A stretch of DNA of 64,000 nucleotides from Candidatus Adlerbacteria bacterium (GTDB lineage: Bacteria > Patescibacteriota > Minisyncoccia > Phycocordibacterales > SBAW01), in assembly GCA_903851045.1 (NCBI GenBank), contig CAINNF010000017.1, positions 34,353 through 98,352 on the forward strand, written 5' to 3'. Position 1 is the first letter of the stretch. Each line of letters starts with the position of its first letter. The notes beneath the pieces were generated by a model. It saw nothing but the letters and a program-made list of their open reading frames with translations, was not told where the DNA came from and did no database searches. A program made the position numbers and the translations under genes. Of this stretch, positions 36,635 through 44,338 are shown piece by piece.

Positions 36635-36820
36635 ATGGCTCTTACCGATATCGATTTTCAAAATGGTGAGGGTCAGGATTTTATCCTTGAGTTGCCGAGT
36701 GTGGTATATAGCGGCGTATTAACCGACATACTCATCGAGCCCAGCGGGAGTCAGTTTTTTGTGCTCGAGACGGCGAAGATAGTCAACTCGGGCAACAAGA
36801 TCTTTATCATGTCCGAATAA
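36635..36820 (+). CDS. small hypothetical protein (61 aa)
   Basis: ATG 36635 (the track uses TTG 36629). Ends 6 nt before the tatC ATG. Confidence 0.35.
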   Translation: MALTDIDFQNGEGQDFILELPSVVYSGVLTDILIEPSGSQFFVLETAKIVNSGNKIFIMSE

Positions 36821-36826
36821 GTGTGT

Positions 36827-37609
36827 ATGGACCGCCTGACCGCATACGTCGAGACCTACGGAGACTACTTAGAGGACGTTCGTCGTCGTTTGTACGTGGT
36901 CGTGATCATTTTCGTGTGCATCTTCGTCGCTGGATTCTTTGCGACACCCTATTTGGTCAAGCTCATGACGAGTTTCTTGAAGATCTCGAGCGTGTCTATT
37001 GTCGCGACCGCACCCTTTCAGCTTATCGATCTGGCGATGGATGTCGGGTTCTTTTTGGCTGTCGTGTTCACGAGTCCGGTGCTTTTGTATCACATCTATC
37101 AGTTCCTTCGTCCCGGACTCCTCTACGCTGAGCGCCGCATTTTCTTTTTTCTCATACCGGTCGGGGTGGTGCTTTTCATGCTCGGCTTTACGTACGGTTT
37201 CGCCATCATGTACTGTGCGCTCGGTGCGGTGGCGATTGTTAATCAGAGTGTCGGCATCGTGAATCTTTGGGACATCAGTCTGTTCATGTCGCAGATGTTG
37301 CTCACCTCGACGCTGCTCGGTTTGTTGTTCGAATTTCCCATCATCATCAGTTTTCTTATTCGTCTCGGGGTGGTGCAAGTCGACTTTCTGCGTGCGAAAC
37401 GTCGGCATGCGATCGTGATTATCTTTTTGTTCGTTGGACTGCTGCCACCAACGGATGGTTTGTCGCTTATCCTTATGTCCGCACCGCTCGTGGCGATCTA
37501 CGAGCTTACGATTATACTTAATGCACAGCGTGTGGGGGTGGCAACCACGCGGTGCTTATCGTGTTCTTGTTCGGTGCGAAGAAGATTCCAGAGCTCACGA
37601 GCGGTGTAG
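36827..37609 (+). CDS. tatC: Sec-independent (Tat) translocase subunit TatC
   Basis: Six-TM topology with TatC-like N-terminus MDRLTAYVETYGDYLEDVRRRLYVVVIIF and C-terminal PPTDGLSLILMSAPLVAIYELTIIL. The last ~25 codons (VGVATTRCLSCSCSVRRRFQSSRAV) are probably read-through into the degenerate tatA copy, so the true C-terminus is uncertain. Confidence 0.75.
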   Translation: MDRLTAYVETYGDYLEDVRRRLYVVVIIFVCIFVAGFFATPYLVKLMTSFLKISSVSIVATAPFQLIDLAMDVGFFLAVVFTSPVLLYHIYQFLRPGLLYAERRIFFFLIPVGVVLFMLGFTYGFAIMYCALGAVAIVNQSVGIVNLWDISLFMSQMLLTSTLLGLLFEFPIIISFLIRLGVVQVDFLRAKRRHAIVIIFLFVGLLPPTDGLSLILMSAPLVAIYELTIILNAQRVGVATTRCLSCSCSVRRRFQSSRAV

Positions 37610-37692
37610 CGGACGCCATCCGTCACTTGCGCGGCGCGTTCCGGGACGAGCCAGGTGCTGACACAGTGGTCGCCACTACTAGAAAAAAATAA
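37521..37692 (+). pseudogene. degenerate tatA paralog (frameshifted / N-terminally truncated)
   Basis: Frame 1 from 37552 encodes VLIVFLFGAKKIPELTSGVADAIRHLRGAFRDE, parallel to intact TatA LIVFLFGSKKIPEFGKMFADGIRTLRSGFKDE, and shares the 22-nt stretch cttatcgtgttcttgttcgg with it. The nearest upstream ATG (37521) is in a different frame. Copy 1 is 11 nt shorter than copy 2 between ATG and the shared block. Confidence 0.4.
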
Positions 37693-37705
37693 GAACGTAC
37701 ATCGT

Positions 37706-37876
37706 ATGCCATTCGACCTCGGTGCTAAAGAACTGTTAATTATAGCCGCGCTTATCGTGTTCTTGTTCGGATCGAAGAAGATTCCCGAATTCGGGAAAAT
37801 GTTCGCTGACGGTATCCGCACCCTGCGAAGCGGCTTCAAGGACGAGGTCGCGGTACAGGCGGTAGCAAAGAAATAG
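37706..37876 (+). CDS. tatA: Sec-independent (Tat) translocase subunit TatA/E
   Basis: MPFDLGAKELLIIAALIVFLFGSKKIPEFGKMFADGIRTLRSGFKDE: TM helix, FG hinge, amphipathic helix. 56 aa. Confidence 0.8.
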   Translation: MPFDLGAKELLIIAALIVFLFGSKKIPEFGKMFADGIRTLRSGFKDEVAVQAVAKK

Positions 37877-37918
37877 GAGCATCACCGCTCTCATGGGGGA
37901 GAGGTATTTCGTATATCT

Positions 37919-40900
37919 ATGAGGATAGAAAGATTTTTCGTATTGCACATCTTGCGGCCCGCGCCAGCGTTTTTTCTCTTTCTTCTACTTTTGTGCGTCC
38001 CCGCATTATCTTTAGCAGGTAGTTATCCACAGTATCCGGCGGGCTCCGTGGTCACGATTGGCGAGTTCGTCTACAACGACGACTACTCACCAACCACCGA
38101 CAACTGCGACGTGACAGTGTATGATCCGACCAACACGAAGGTGGTGTACGCTTCGACCACCGCACGGTCGGATGGATGGCACTCCTATACATTTACTCCA
38201 GCATCTGTCTTGGGTGTATGGTCGTCCAACATCTCCTGTGGTTCGAGCGCGGGGGGCACGCTGGTACGACAAGATGAATCGTTCGTGGTAGTGAGTCCTC
38301 CTGCATTGCAGTCTGATATCCAAACTGCCTCATCTTCGATCGCTGCGGTCGTGAACGCACATACTGATGCTGCGACCGGGAACGTCACCTCAGGTGTGAA
38401 TGCGCACACTGACGTTGCGTCGTCATCTATCGGCACGATGCTGTTGTCGATACCTTTGGCGGTATGGAATATCACTGCCAGCACCTTGACCACGGTCGGC
38501 TCGATCGGTAAGCAGCTTGCGACCAATGTAGACTCGGTACTTTCGGGAATTTCAAGTGGTATCGCACTGGCCGTCAACGGTCACACCGACACGGCGCTCA
38601 ACACCGCCTCATCCTCAATCGCTGCAGTCGTCAACGGCAACACCAACACTGCAACAGCTGGCATCACTTCAGGTGTGAACAGTCACACGGATTCGCAACT
38701 TGCGCTTGCAACCTCGTCGGTTAATGCACACACCGACTCCGCGACTGCGGGCATTACTTCAGGCGTCAATGGTCACACCGACACGGCGCTCAACACGGCC
38801 TCTTCTTCAATCGCTGCGGTCGTCAACGGCAACACGAACACTGCTACAGCTGGCATCACAACTGGCGTGAACGGTCACACGGATTCGCAACTTGCGACCG
38901 CAACCTCTTCGATTGTTGCTGTTGTGAACGGTCATACTGATTCGGCCGCTGCTGGCATTACCACAGCTGTTAATGGGCACACGGACATAGCATCTTCGTC
39001 GATCGCAGCCGTCGTCAATGGTAATACAAATACACAAACGAGTGGCATCGCGTCAGCAGTTAACACTAATACTAACAATATCGTCACTGCCGCATCCTCC
39101 TCGCTTGGTAGCACTCTCGGTTCGATCGCGTCCTCCATCCTCTCGGTGCCGGCGAACGTGTGGTCCTTCACTGGCCGCACGCTCGACTCCTTTGGCTCAA
39201 TCACCGGTGATGTTGCCACCGCCGTCTGGAGTGCAGCCACACGCACCCTCACGGGAGCTTCTCTCACAACGGGTTCGCTCGCGACTCAGTCTGATGTGAA
39301 CACCGCCTCATCCTCAGTCACGACCCTCGTGAACACACACACCGACTCCGCCACTGGCGGTATCGCATCGACAGTCAATGGTCACACCGACACTGCGCTT
39401 AACTCGGCATCCTCTTCAATAGCCGCTGTGGTGAATGGCAACACGAACACTGCGACCGCGGGTATCACGTCTGGCGTCAACGGGCACACCGATACTGCGC
39501 TCAATACCGCATCCTCGTCAATCGCCGCGGTCGTCAACGGCAATACGAACACTGCGACCGCGGGTGTAACTTCAGGGGTGAACTCCCACACGGACACACA
39601 ATTGGCGCTCGCTACGTCGTCGGTCAATTCTCACACCGATACGGCGACCGCGGGTATCACGAGCGCTGTTAATGCGAACACCACGAACATAGTTACTGCG
39701 GCATCATCCTCTCTCGGTTCCACCCTTGGTTCGATTGCATCCTCAATCCTCTCGGTGCCTGCGAACGTCTGGTCCTTCACTGGTCGTACACTCGACTCCT
39801 TTGGCTCGATTACAGGAGATGTGGCGACTGCGGTCTGGGGCGCAGCGACTCGAACACTCACTGGGGCAACTCTCACTACTGGCTCGCTTGCGACTCAGTC
39901 TGACGTAAACAATGCTTCTTCGTCAGTTGCGGCAGGTGTGAATGCACATACAGACTCAGCGACCGGTGGTATTGCGTCCACAGTCAATGGACACACAGAT
40001 ACCGCACTCAATACCGCCTCGTCTTCGATTGCCGCGGTCGTCAACGGCAACACGAACACTCAAACTGCGAGTATTACCTCGGGTGTGAACGGACACACCG
40101 ACTCGCAGCTCGCTACCGCAACCTCCTCGATCGCCGCTGTGGTCAACGGTCATACTGATTCGGCCACTGCTGGCATTACCACAGCTGTTAATGCGCACAC
40201 GGACATAGCCTCTTCCTCGATCGCGGCTGTAGTGAATGGTCACACCGACTCAGCGGCCGGTGGTATCGCTGCAGCGGTCAATACCAACACCACCAACGTC
40301 GTTACTGCCGCATCCTCTTCGCTGGGATTGACGCTCGGTTCTATTGCGTCTTCGATTCTCTCAGTACCTGCGAATGTGTGGGCATACTCGGGACGTACTC
40401 TGACCTCCTTCGGCACGATTACCGGCGACGTTGCGACCGCGGTCTGGGGCGCTGCCTCGCGAACACTCACGGGAGCTACCCTTACCACCGGCTCACTCGC
40501 AACTCAGACTGACGTGAACAATGCTTCGTCCTCGGTCGTGGCTGGAGTGAATGCGCATACGGACTCTGCAACCGGCGGCGTCGCATCAACGGTTAATGGA
40601 CACACAGACACCGCACTCAATGCTGCTTCGTCTTCGATCGCTGCGGTCGTCAACGGCAACACCAACACTGCGACTGCTGGCGTAACGACCGCAATCAACG
40701 CGCACACCGACTCCGCGACCGCAGGTGTCGCTTCGGCAGTCAACACCAACACCACTAACGTCGTCACCGCTGCATCGTCATCGCTCGGCTCGACGCTCGG
40801 TTCGATCGCGTCGGCTATCGTGTCGATGCCAGCGACGATAGTGTCGAGCGTGTGGAGCGCGACGTCTCGCACGCTCACCTCACTGAGTTTGTCATCCCAG

Positions 40901-41854
40901 AGTCCATGGGTGGTATCGCTTTCAAACTCGAGCACTGTTGCAGCGGGCAGTACGTACTATGCGACCGTTACCACAACCTACAATGGTACGTTGACCGACT
41001 CGGCGAATATCCCAACGATTACCATCTATGATCCAAGCAGGAACGTGATAGTCAACGCAGGCACCATGACGCGTACCGGTGTTGGTACCTACCAGTACAC
41101 CTACCTCACCAGCGGCAGCGCGCCGGGCGGCGTATGGGAGACCGATGTCACCGCGAATGTTGCGACCGGTCAGACGCTACCTGGTACGCAGTATTGGAAC
41201 CTCACGACATCTCCCGCGCAGGTCATAGTGAATAGTGTGAGCGCGGTCACCGTGCCTACCATCGGGGCGAACATTACGATCACCAACGAAGGTCTTGGCG
41301 GATATGAATATCACTATGCGTGGTGTGTCGTCGCCGATATCAGTACGCCCTGCGATGGAAGCAGTAACGACGTATTCTACGCGAACGCGGCGAAGTTCAT
41401 AAATCCGGGCGACAGCTTTAACACCACGCTCACTGCCACCGTGCCAACACCCGGTTCGTACTACTTTAAAGTCATCGCATACTTCGGAACCGAAAGTTCC
41501 GGTGCGTCACGTCAGTTTACCGCTACGGCGGGGAGCTCGAATAACGGCGGTTCCGGTGGCTCAGGTAGTTCCGGTGGCGGCAGCTCTGGGGGCGGCGGTT
41601 CGGGTGGTGGCGGAGCTGCTGTGGTGACCGCGGTACCATCGACACCAGCAGGGCAATGCAACGGGGCTGATCTGAATGGTGATCATGTGGTTAACTATAT
41701 CGACTTTTCAGTGCTGCTGTATTTCTGGCATACGCAGCCACCATTTAGGAATCCGTGCGTCGACATCAATCAAGACGGCAAGGTCGACGCACGAGACTTC
41801 TCCATCATGCTTTCCCAGTGGAAGACCGCAGGCACACCGTTTAAAAAGAGATGA
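37919..41854 (+). CDS. 1311-aa secreted fibrous protein with ~2.5 kb of hendecad-type tandem repeats, Gly/Ser linker and C-terminal dockerin domain
   Basis: Signal peptide MRIERFFVLHILRPAPAFFLFLLLLCVPALSLA. About 840 aa of VNGHTDTALNT / ASSSIAAVVNG / NTNTATAGITSG 11-residue units. Linker SSNNGGSGGSGSSGGGSSGGGGSGGGG. Duplicated dockerin segments DLNGDHVVNYIDFSVLLYFW and DINQDGKVDARDFSIMLSQW. Confidence 0.8.
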   Translation: MRIERFFVLHILRPAPAFFLFLLLLCVPALSLAGSYPQYPAGSVVTIGEFVYNDDYSPTTDNCDVTVYDPTNTKVVYASTTARSDGWHSYTFTPASVLGVWSSNISCGSSAGGTLVRQDESFVVVSPPALQSDIQTASSSIAAVVNAHTDAATGNVTSGVNAHTDVASSSIGTMLLSIPLAVWNITASTLTTVGSIGKQLATNVDSVLSGISSGIALAVNGHTDTALNTASSSIAAVVNGNTNTATAGITSGVNSHTDSQLALATSSVNAHTDSATAGITSGVNGHTDTALNTASSSIAAVVNGNTNTATAGITTGVNGHTDSQLATATSSIVAVVNGHTDSAAAGITTAVNGHTDIASSSIAAVVNGNTNTQTSGIASAVNTNTNNIVTAASSSLGSTLGSIASSILSVPANVWSFTGRTLDSFGSITGDVATAVWSAATRTLTGASLTTGSLATQSDVNTASSSVTTLVNTHTDSATGGIASTVNGHTDTALNSASSSIAAVVNGNTNTATAGITSGVNGHTDTALNTASSSIAAVVNGNTNTATAGVTSGVNSHTDTQLALATSSVNSHTDTATAGITSAVNANTTNIVTAASSSLGSTLGSIASSILSVPANVWSFTGRTLDSFGSITGDVATAVWGAATRTLTGATLTTGSLATQSDVNNASSSVAAGVNAHTDSATGGIASTVNGHTDTALNTASSSIAAVVNGNTNTQTASITSGVNGHTDSQLATATSSIAAVVNGHTDSATAGITTAVNAHTDIASSSIAAVVNGHTDSAAGGIAAAVNTNTTNVVTAASSSLGLTLGSIASSILSVPANVWAYSGRTLTSFGTITGDVATAVWGAASRTLTGATLTTGSLATQTDVNNASSSVVAGVNAHTDSATGGVASTVNGHTDTALNAASSSIAAVVNGNTNTATAGVTTAINAHTDSATAGVASAVNTNTTNVVTAASSSLGSTLGSIASAIVSMPATIVSSVWSATSRTLTSLSLSSQSPWVVSLSNSSTVAAGSTYYATVTTTYNGTLTDSANIPTITIYDPSRNVIVNAGTMTRTGVGTYQYTYLTSGSAPGGVWETDVTANVATGQTLPGTQYWNLTTSPAQVIVNSVSAVTVPTIGANITITNEGLGGYEYHYAWCVVADISTPCDGSSNDVFYANAAKFINPGDSFNTTLTATVPTPGSYYFKVIAYFGTESSGASRQFTATAGSSNNGGSGGSGSSGGGSSGGGGSGGGGAAVVTAVPSTPAGQCNGADLNGDHVVNYIDFSVLLYFWHTQPPFRNPCVDINQDGKVDARDFSIMLSQWKTAGTPFKKR
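38320..40870 (+). repeat. near-identical in-frame tandem repeats: 33-nt (11-codon) units nested in a ~600-nt higher-order repeat, 3 full copies plus one partial
   Basis: The motif block ASSSLGSTLGSIASSILSVPANVW...TGSLATQSDVN recurs at ~39.10, 39.70, 40.31 and (truncated) 40.78 kb. The intervening NxHTDxAxxG units are repeated dozens of times. Confidence 0.8.
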
Positions 41855-42744
41855 GACACTACCGAAACATATTTTGGATCATAGCCGTGCTCACCGTACT
41901 CCCAGGTTCGGCTCATGCCGCTACCGACGTATTGACGATAGAGCCACCGATTGGCGTTGTGTCGGTTGGAGATACGGTGCTGGTGCCTGTCTACCTTTCG
42001 ACCTTGCGGAATGTGAACGCGGTGGATGGGGAAGTGAGCGTCATCGGTCCAGTGACTGTCGTCTCGAATGACACGAGCGGCTCGGTGTTGACGCTCTGGC
42101 CACTGCCGCCGTCTCTGAGTGGTAGCGCGATATCCTTCACTGGTGGTGCGGTCACCAGCTTGACCGGGGCGCATCTAAAATTATTCTCTATCGCGGTGAA
42201 GATCACTGGTGCAGGACCCATCACGTTCAAAGTACAACATGGCACCGCCTATCTGGCGGATGGACAAGGGACTCCGCTTTCACTTACGGGTGTTGCGGCA
42301 GGGGTCACGGCGGGTACGGGTGCGTCAGCACGAAACGATCTTGCGATCGAGATACAACATGACACGACTCCACCCGAGCCGTTCACTATCGACTATGGGA
42401 GAGATCCACAGGTGTACGGTGGTAACTATTTCATTAGCTTTGGAGCGGTCGACACGCTGGGTGGCATAGACCACTACGATGTCACCGAAGGGACTCTCCC
42501 ATCGGTGCGCAGCGGTGATACATACGTGCTTCAGCGCCAGGGTCAGGACGAGACGATTACAGTCACCGCATATAACAAAGCCGGCCGTGCCCGCGTATCA
42601 ACCTACACCGTCTCGGTGTCTCGTCCAGCCGGAGGGGTGGAGTGGATGTGGCTCTTGATTATACCACTGCTGTTGTTCGCTGCTGTCTCATACGTACTCT
42701 ATTGTCGAAGTACGAGACGTCGTGTGAAAAAGAGGAAGAGATAA
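41851..42744 (+). CDS. membrane-anchored cohesin-domain protein (297 aa)
   Basis: ATGA overlap with the upstream stop. Signal peptide. Cohesin-like beta-sandwich blocks (VSVGDTVLVPVYLSTLRNVNAVDGEVSV...LTLWP...ISFTGG...ITFKV). C-terminal TM (WMWLLIIPLLLFAAVSYVLY) plus basic stop-transfer tail RRRVKKRKR. Confidence 0.6.
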   Translation: MRHYRNIFWIIAVLTVLPGSAHAATDVLTIEPPIGVVSVGDTVLVPVYLSTLRNVNAVDGEVSVIGPVTVVSNDTSGSVLTLWPLPPSLSGSAISFTGGAVTSLTGAHLKLFSIAVKITGAGPITFKVQHGTAYLADGQGTPLSLTGVAAGVTAGTGASARNDLAIEIQHDTTPPEPFTIDYGRDPQVYGGNYFISFGAVDTLGGIDHYDVTEGTLPSVRSGDTYVLQRQGQDETITVTAYNKAGRARVSTYTVSVSRPAGGVEWMWLLIIPLLLFAAVSYVLYCRSTRRRVKKRKR

Positions 42745-42748
42745 TACT

Positions 42749-44278
42749 ATGTTGTGCACGTCATCTGTCAAACAAGTCACGCGCCTCTCCGTTCGCATGT
42801 TCGTGGTGTCCGTGCTCATGATGCTACTGTGCGGTCCCCACGCAGCGCGCGCAGCCACGGTGTCGTTGACGCCGATGGTGTCGTCGATCTCAGCGGGGAA
42901 CATCGTTACGGTACACGTCATGGTGAACACGCAGGGAGTTGCTATCAACGACGGGAGCGCCACGATCCAGTTCCCGACCGATCTTCTTGAGGTGGTGTCG
43001 GTTTCGAAAAGTTCATCCATTTTCTCGCTCTGGGTCGAAGAGCCAACGTTCTCCAACAGCGCCGGTACGGTGACGTTCGATGGTGGGGTACCGACGCCGG
43101 GGTATCAGGGAGGTAGTGGAGACATGCTCGATATTACCTTTCGCGCAAAAAAGACAGGTGCCGCTTCGATACTGGTTACGAACGTGAACGTGCTCGCCAA
43201 CGATGGACAAGGGACGGACGTATTCAGCGGGTCGAGCAATGACACTATCACCATCACGCCGTCAGTACCAGCCGCGCCGATCCAGACACCTGCACCCATA
43301 GCAAAGCCTGCTGCGACACCGACCGTCATACAGACCACCCCGACCGACACGACGGTGCACATCACTTCCTCGACCCATCCATCACAGACTGCCTGGTATG
43401 CGCAGAACACGGCACAGCTGGGGTTCGACCTACCCCCGAAGACCGCCGCGATCAAATTCTTGGTGAGTCAGGACCAAACGACGGTTCCGACAAAGACATA
43501 CAAGCCTGCGATCACACAAAAGTCGACCGACGCGCTCACCGACGGCACATGGTACGTCCAAGTAAGTGCACTTGCGGGCGGGGTATGGGGTCCGGTGAGC
43601 ACCTATACGCTCAATATCGATACTATGCCGCCTCGGTTGAGTATTACATCGCTCGTCTATTCGTCGGACACCAAGACTGTCACGGTCACCGGCTCAGCAC
43701 AGGACGATACCTCTGGGTTTGGGTCACTGTCGCTGGTGGTCGATGGCGTCGATGCGCGAAGTGACGTGGCGGGACTGTTGACCCAGGGGACGGTCCAGGT
43801 ACCGCTTGATGCGTCTCCGGGGCAGCATGTCGTAAAAGTACGAGCGGTCGATCGAGCGGGGAATTATATGGATTCGCAAGACTTCTACGTCATGGTACCG
43901 GCCGAACCGTACGTGCCCAAGGGCGTAGTGGCGGTCACGACGTGGTATGTCGAGACGCACGGCTCGATGGTACTGGTCGTGTTAGCGCTCTGCATCTCGT
44001 TGTTGTCGTTGATCTTCAATGTCATACTTTGGAACAAACTCCGCATCTACCGAAAACGACCACACTCCGGGGTTGTGCACATGAGAGAGCAGACGAAAGA
44101 GCGGCTTATGGACCTCAAAAAAGATCTTCACAAACAGGCAAAGCTGTACGATAAGACGGGTACCCACAAGGCGACTACGAAGGAAGAGGCTGACTACGCG
44201 AAGAAGATGCAGGCCCATATAGCCGATGTCGAACAATATGTGGACCGCAAGATACAGGACATAACGAAGCGTCCCTGA
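42749..44278 (+). CDS. membrane-anchored cohesin-domain protein with Ig-like spacer and charged cytoplasmic tail (509 aa)
   Basis: Signal peptide. Cohesin-like blocks (ISAGNIVTVHVMVNTQGVAINDGSATIQFPTDLLEVVSVSKSSSIFSLWVEEPTFSNSAGTVTFDGG). Pro/Thr linker, beta-rich middle, TM MVLVVLALCISLLSLIFNVILW, ~90-aa helical cytoplasmic tail. Confidence 0.6.
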   Translation: MLCTSSVKQVTRLSVRMFVVSVLMMLLCGPHAARAATVSLTPMVSSISAGNIVTVHVMVNTQGVAINDGSATIQFPTDLLEVVSVSKSSSIFSLWVEEPTFSNSAGTVTFDGGVPTPGYQGGSGDMLDITFRAKKTGAASILVTNVNVLANDGQGTDVFSGSSNDTITITPSVPAAPIQTPAPIAKPAATPTVIQTTPTDTTVHITSSTHPSQTAWYAQNTAQLGFDLPPKTAAIKFLVSQDQTTVPTKTYKPAITQKSTDALTDGTWYVQVSALAGGVWGPVSTYTLNIDTMPPRLSITSLVYSSDTKTVTVTGSAQDDTSGFGSLSLVVDGVDARSDVAGLLTQGTVQVPLDASPGQHVVKVRAVDRAGNYMDSQDFYVMVPAEPYVPKGVVAVTTWYVETHGSMVLVVLALCISLLSLIFNVILWNKLRIYRKRPHSGVVHMREQTKERLMDLKKDLHKQAKLYDKTGTHKATTKEEADYAKKMQAHIADVEQYVDRKIQDITKRP

Positions 44279-44293
44279 TTGTGGACGCGAGGG

Positions 44294-44322
44294 TTGATTT
44301 TTCCCCAGTATTAGGATATACT
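44294..44322 (+). promoter_or_regulatory. sigma-70-like promoter for rpoD (TTGATT-17 nt-TATACT)
   Basis: TTGATT at 44294-44299 and TATACT at 44317-44322, 16 nt upstream of the rpoD ATG. Confidence 0.5.
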
Positions 44323-44338
44323 GCTTGCACTTACGCAA

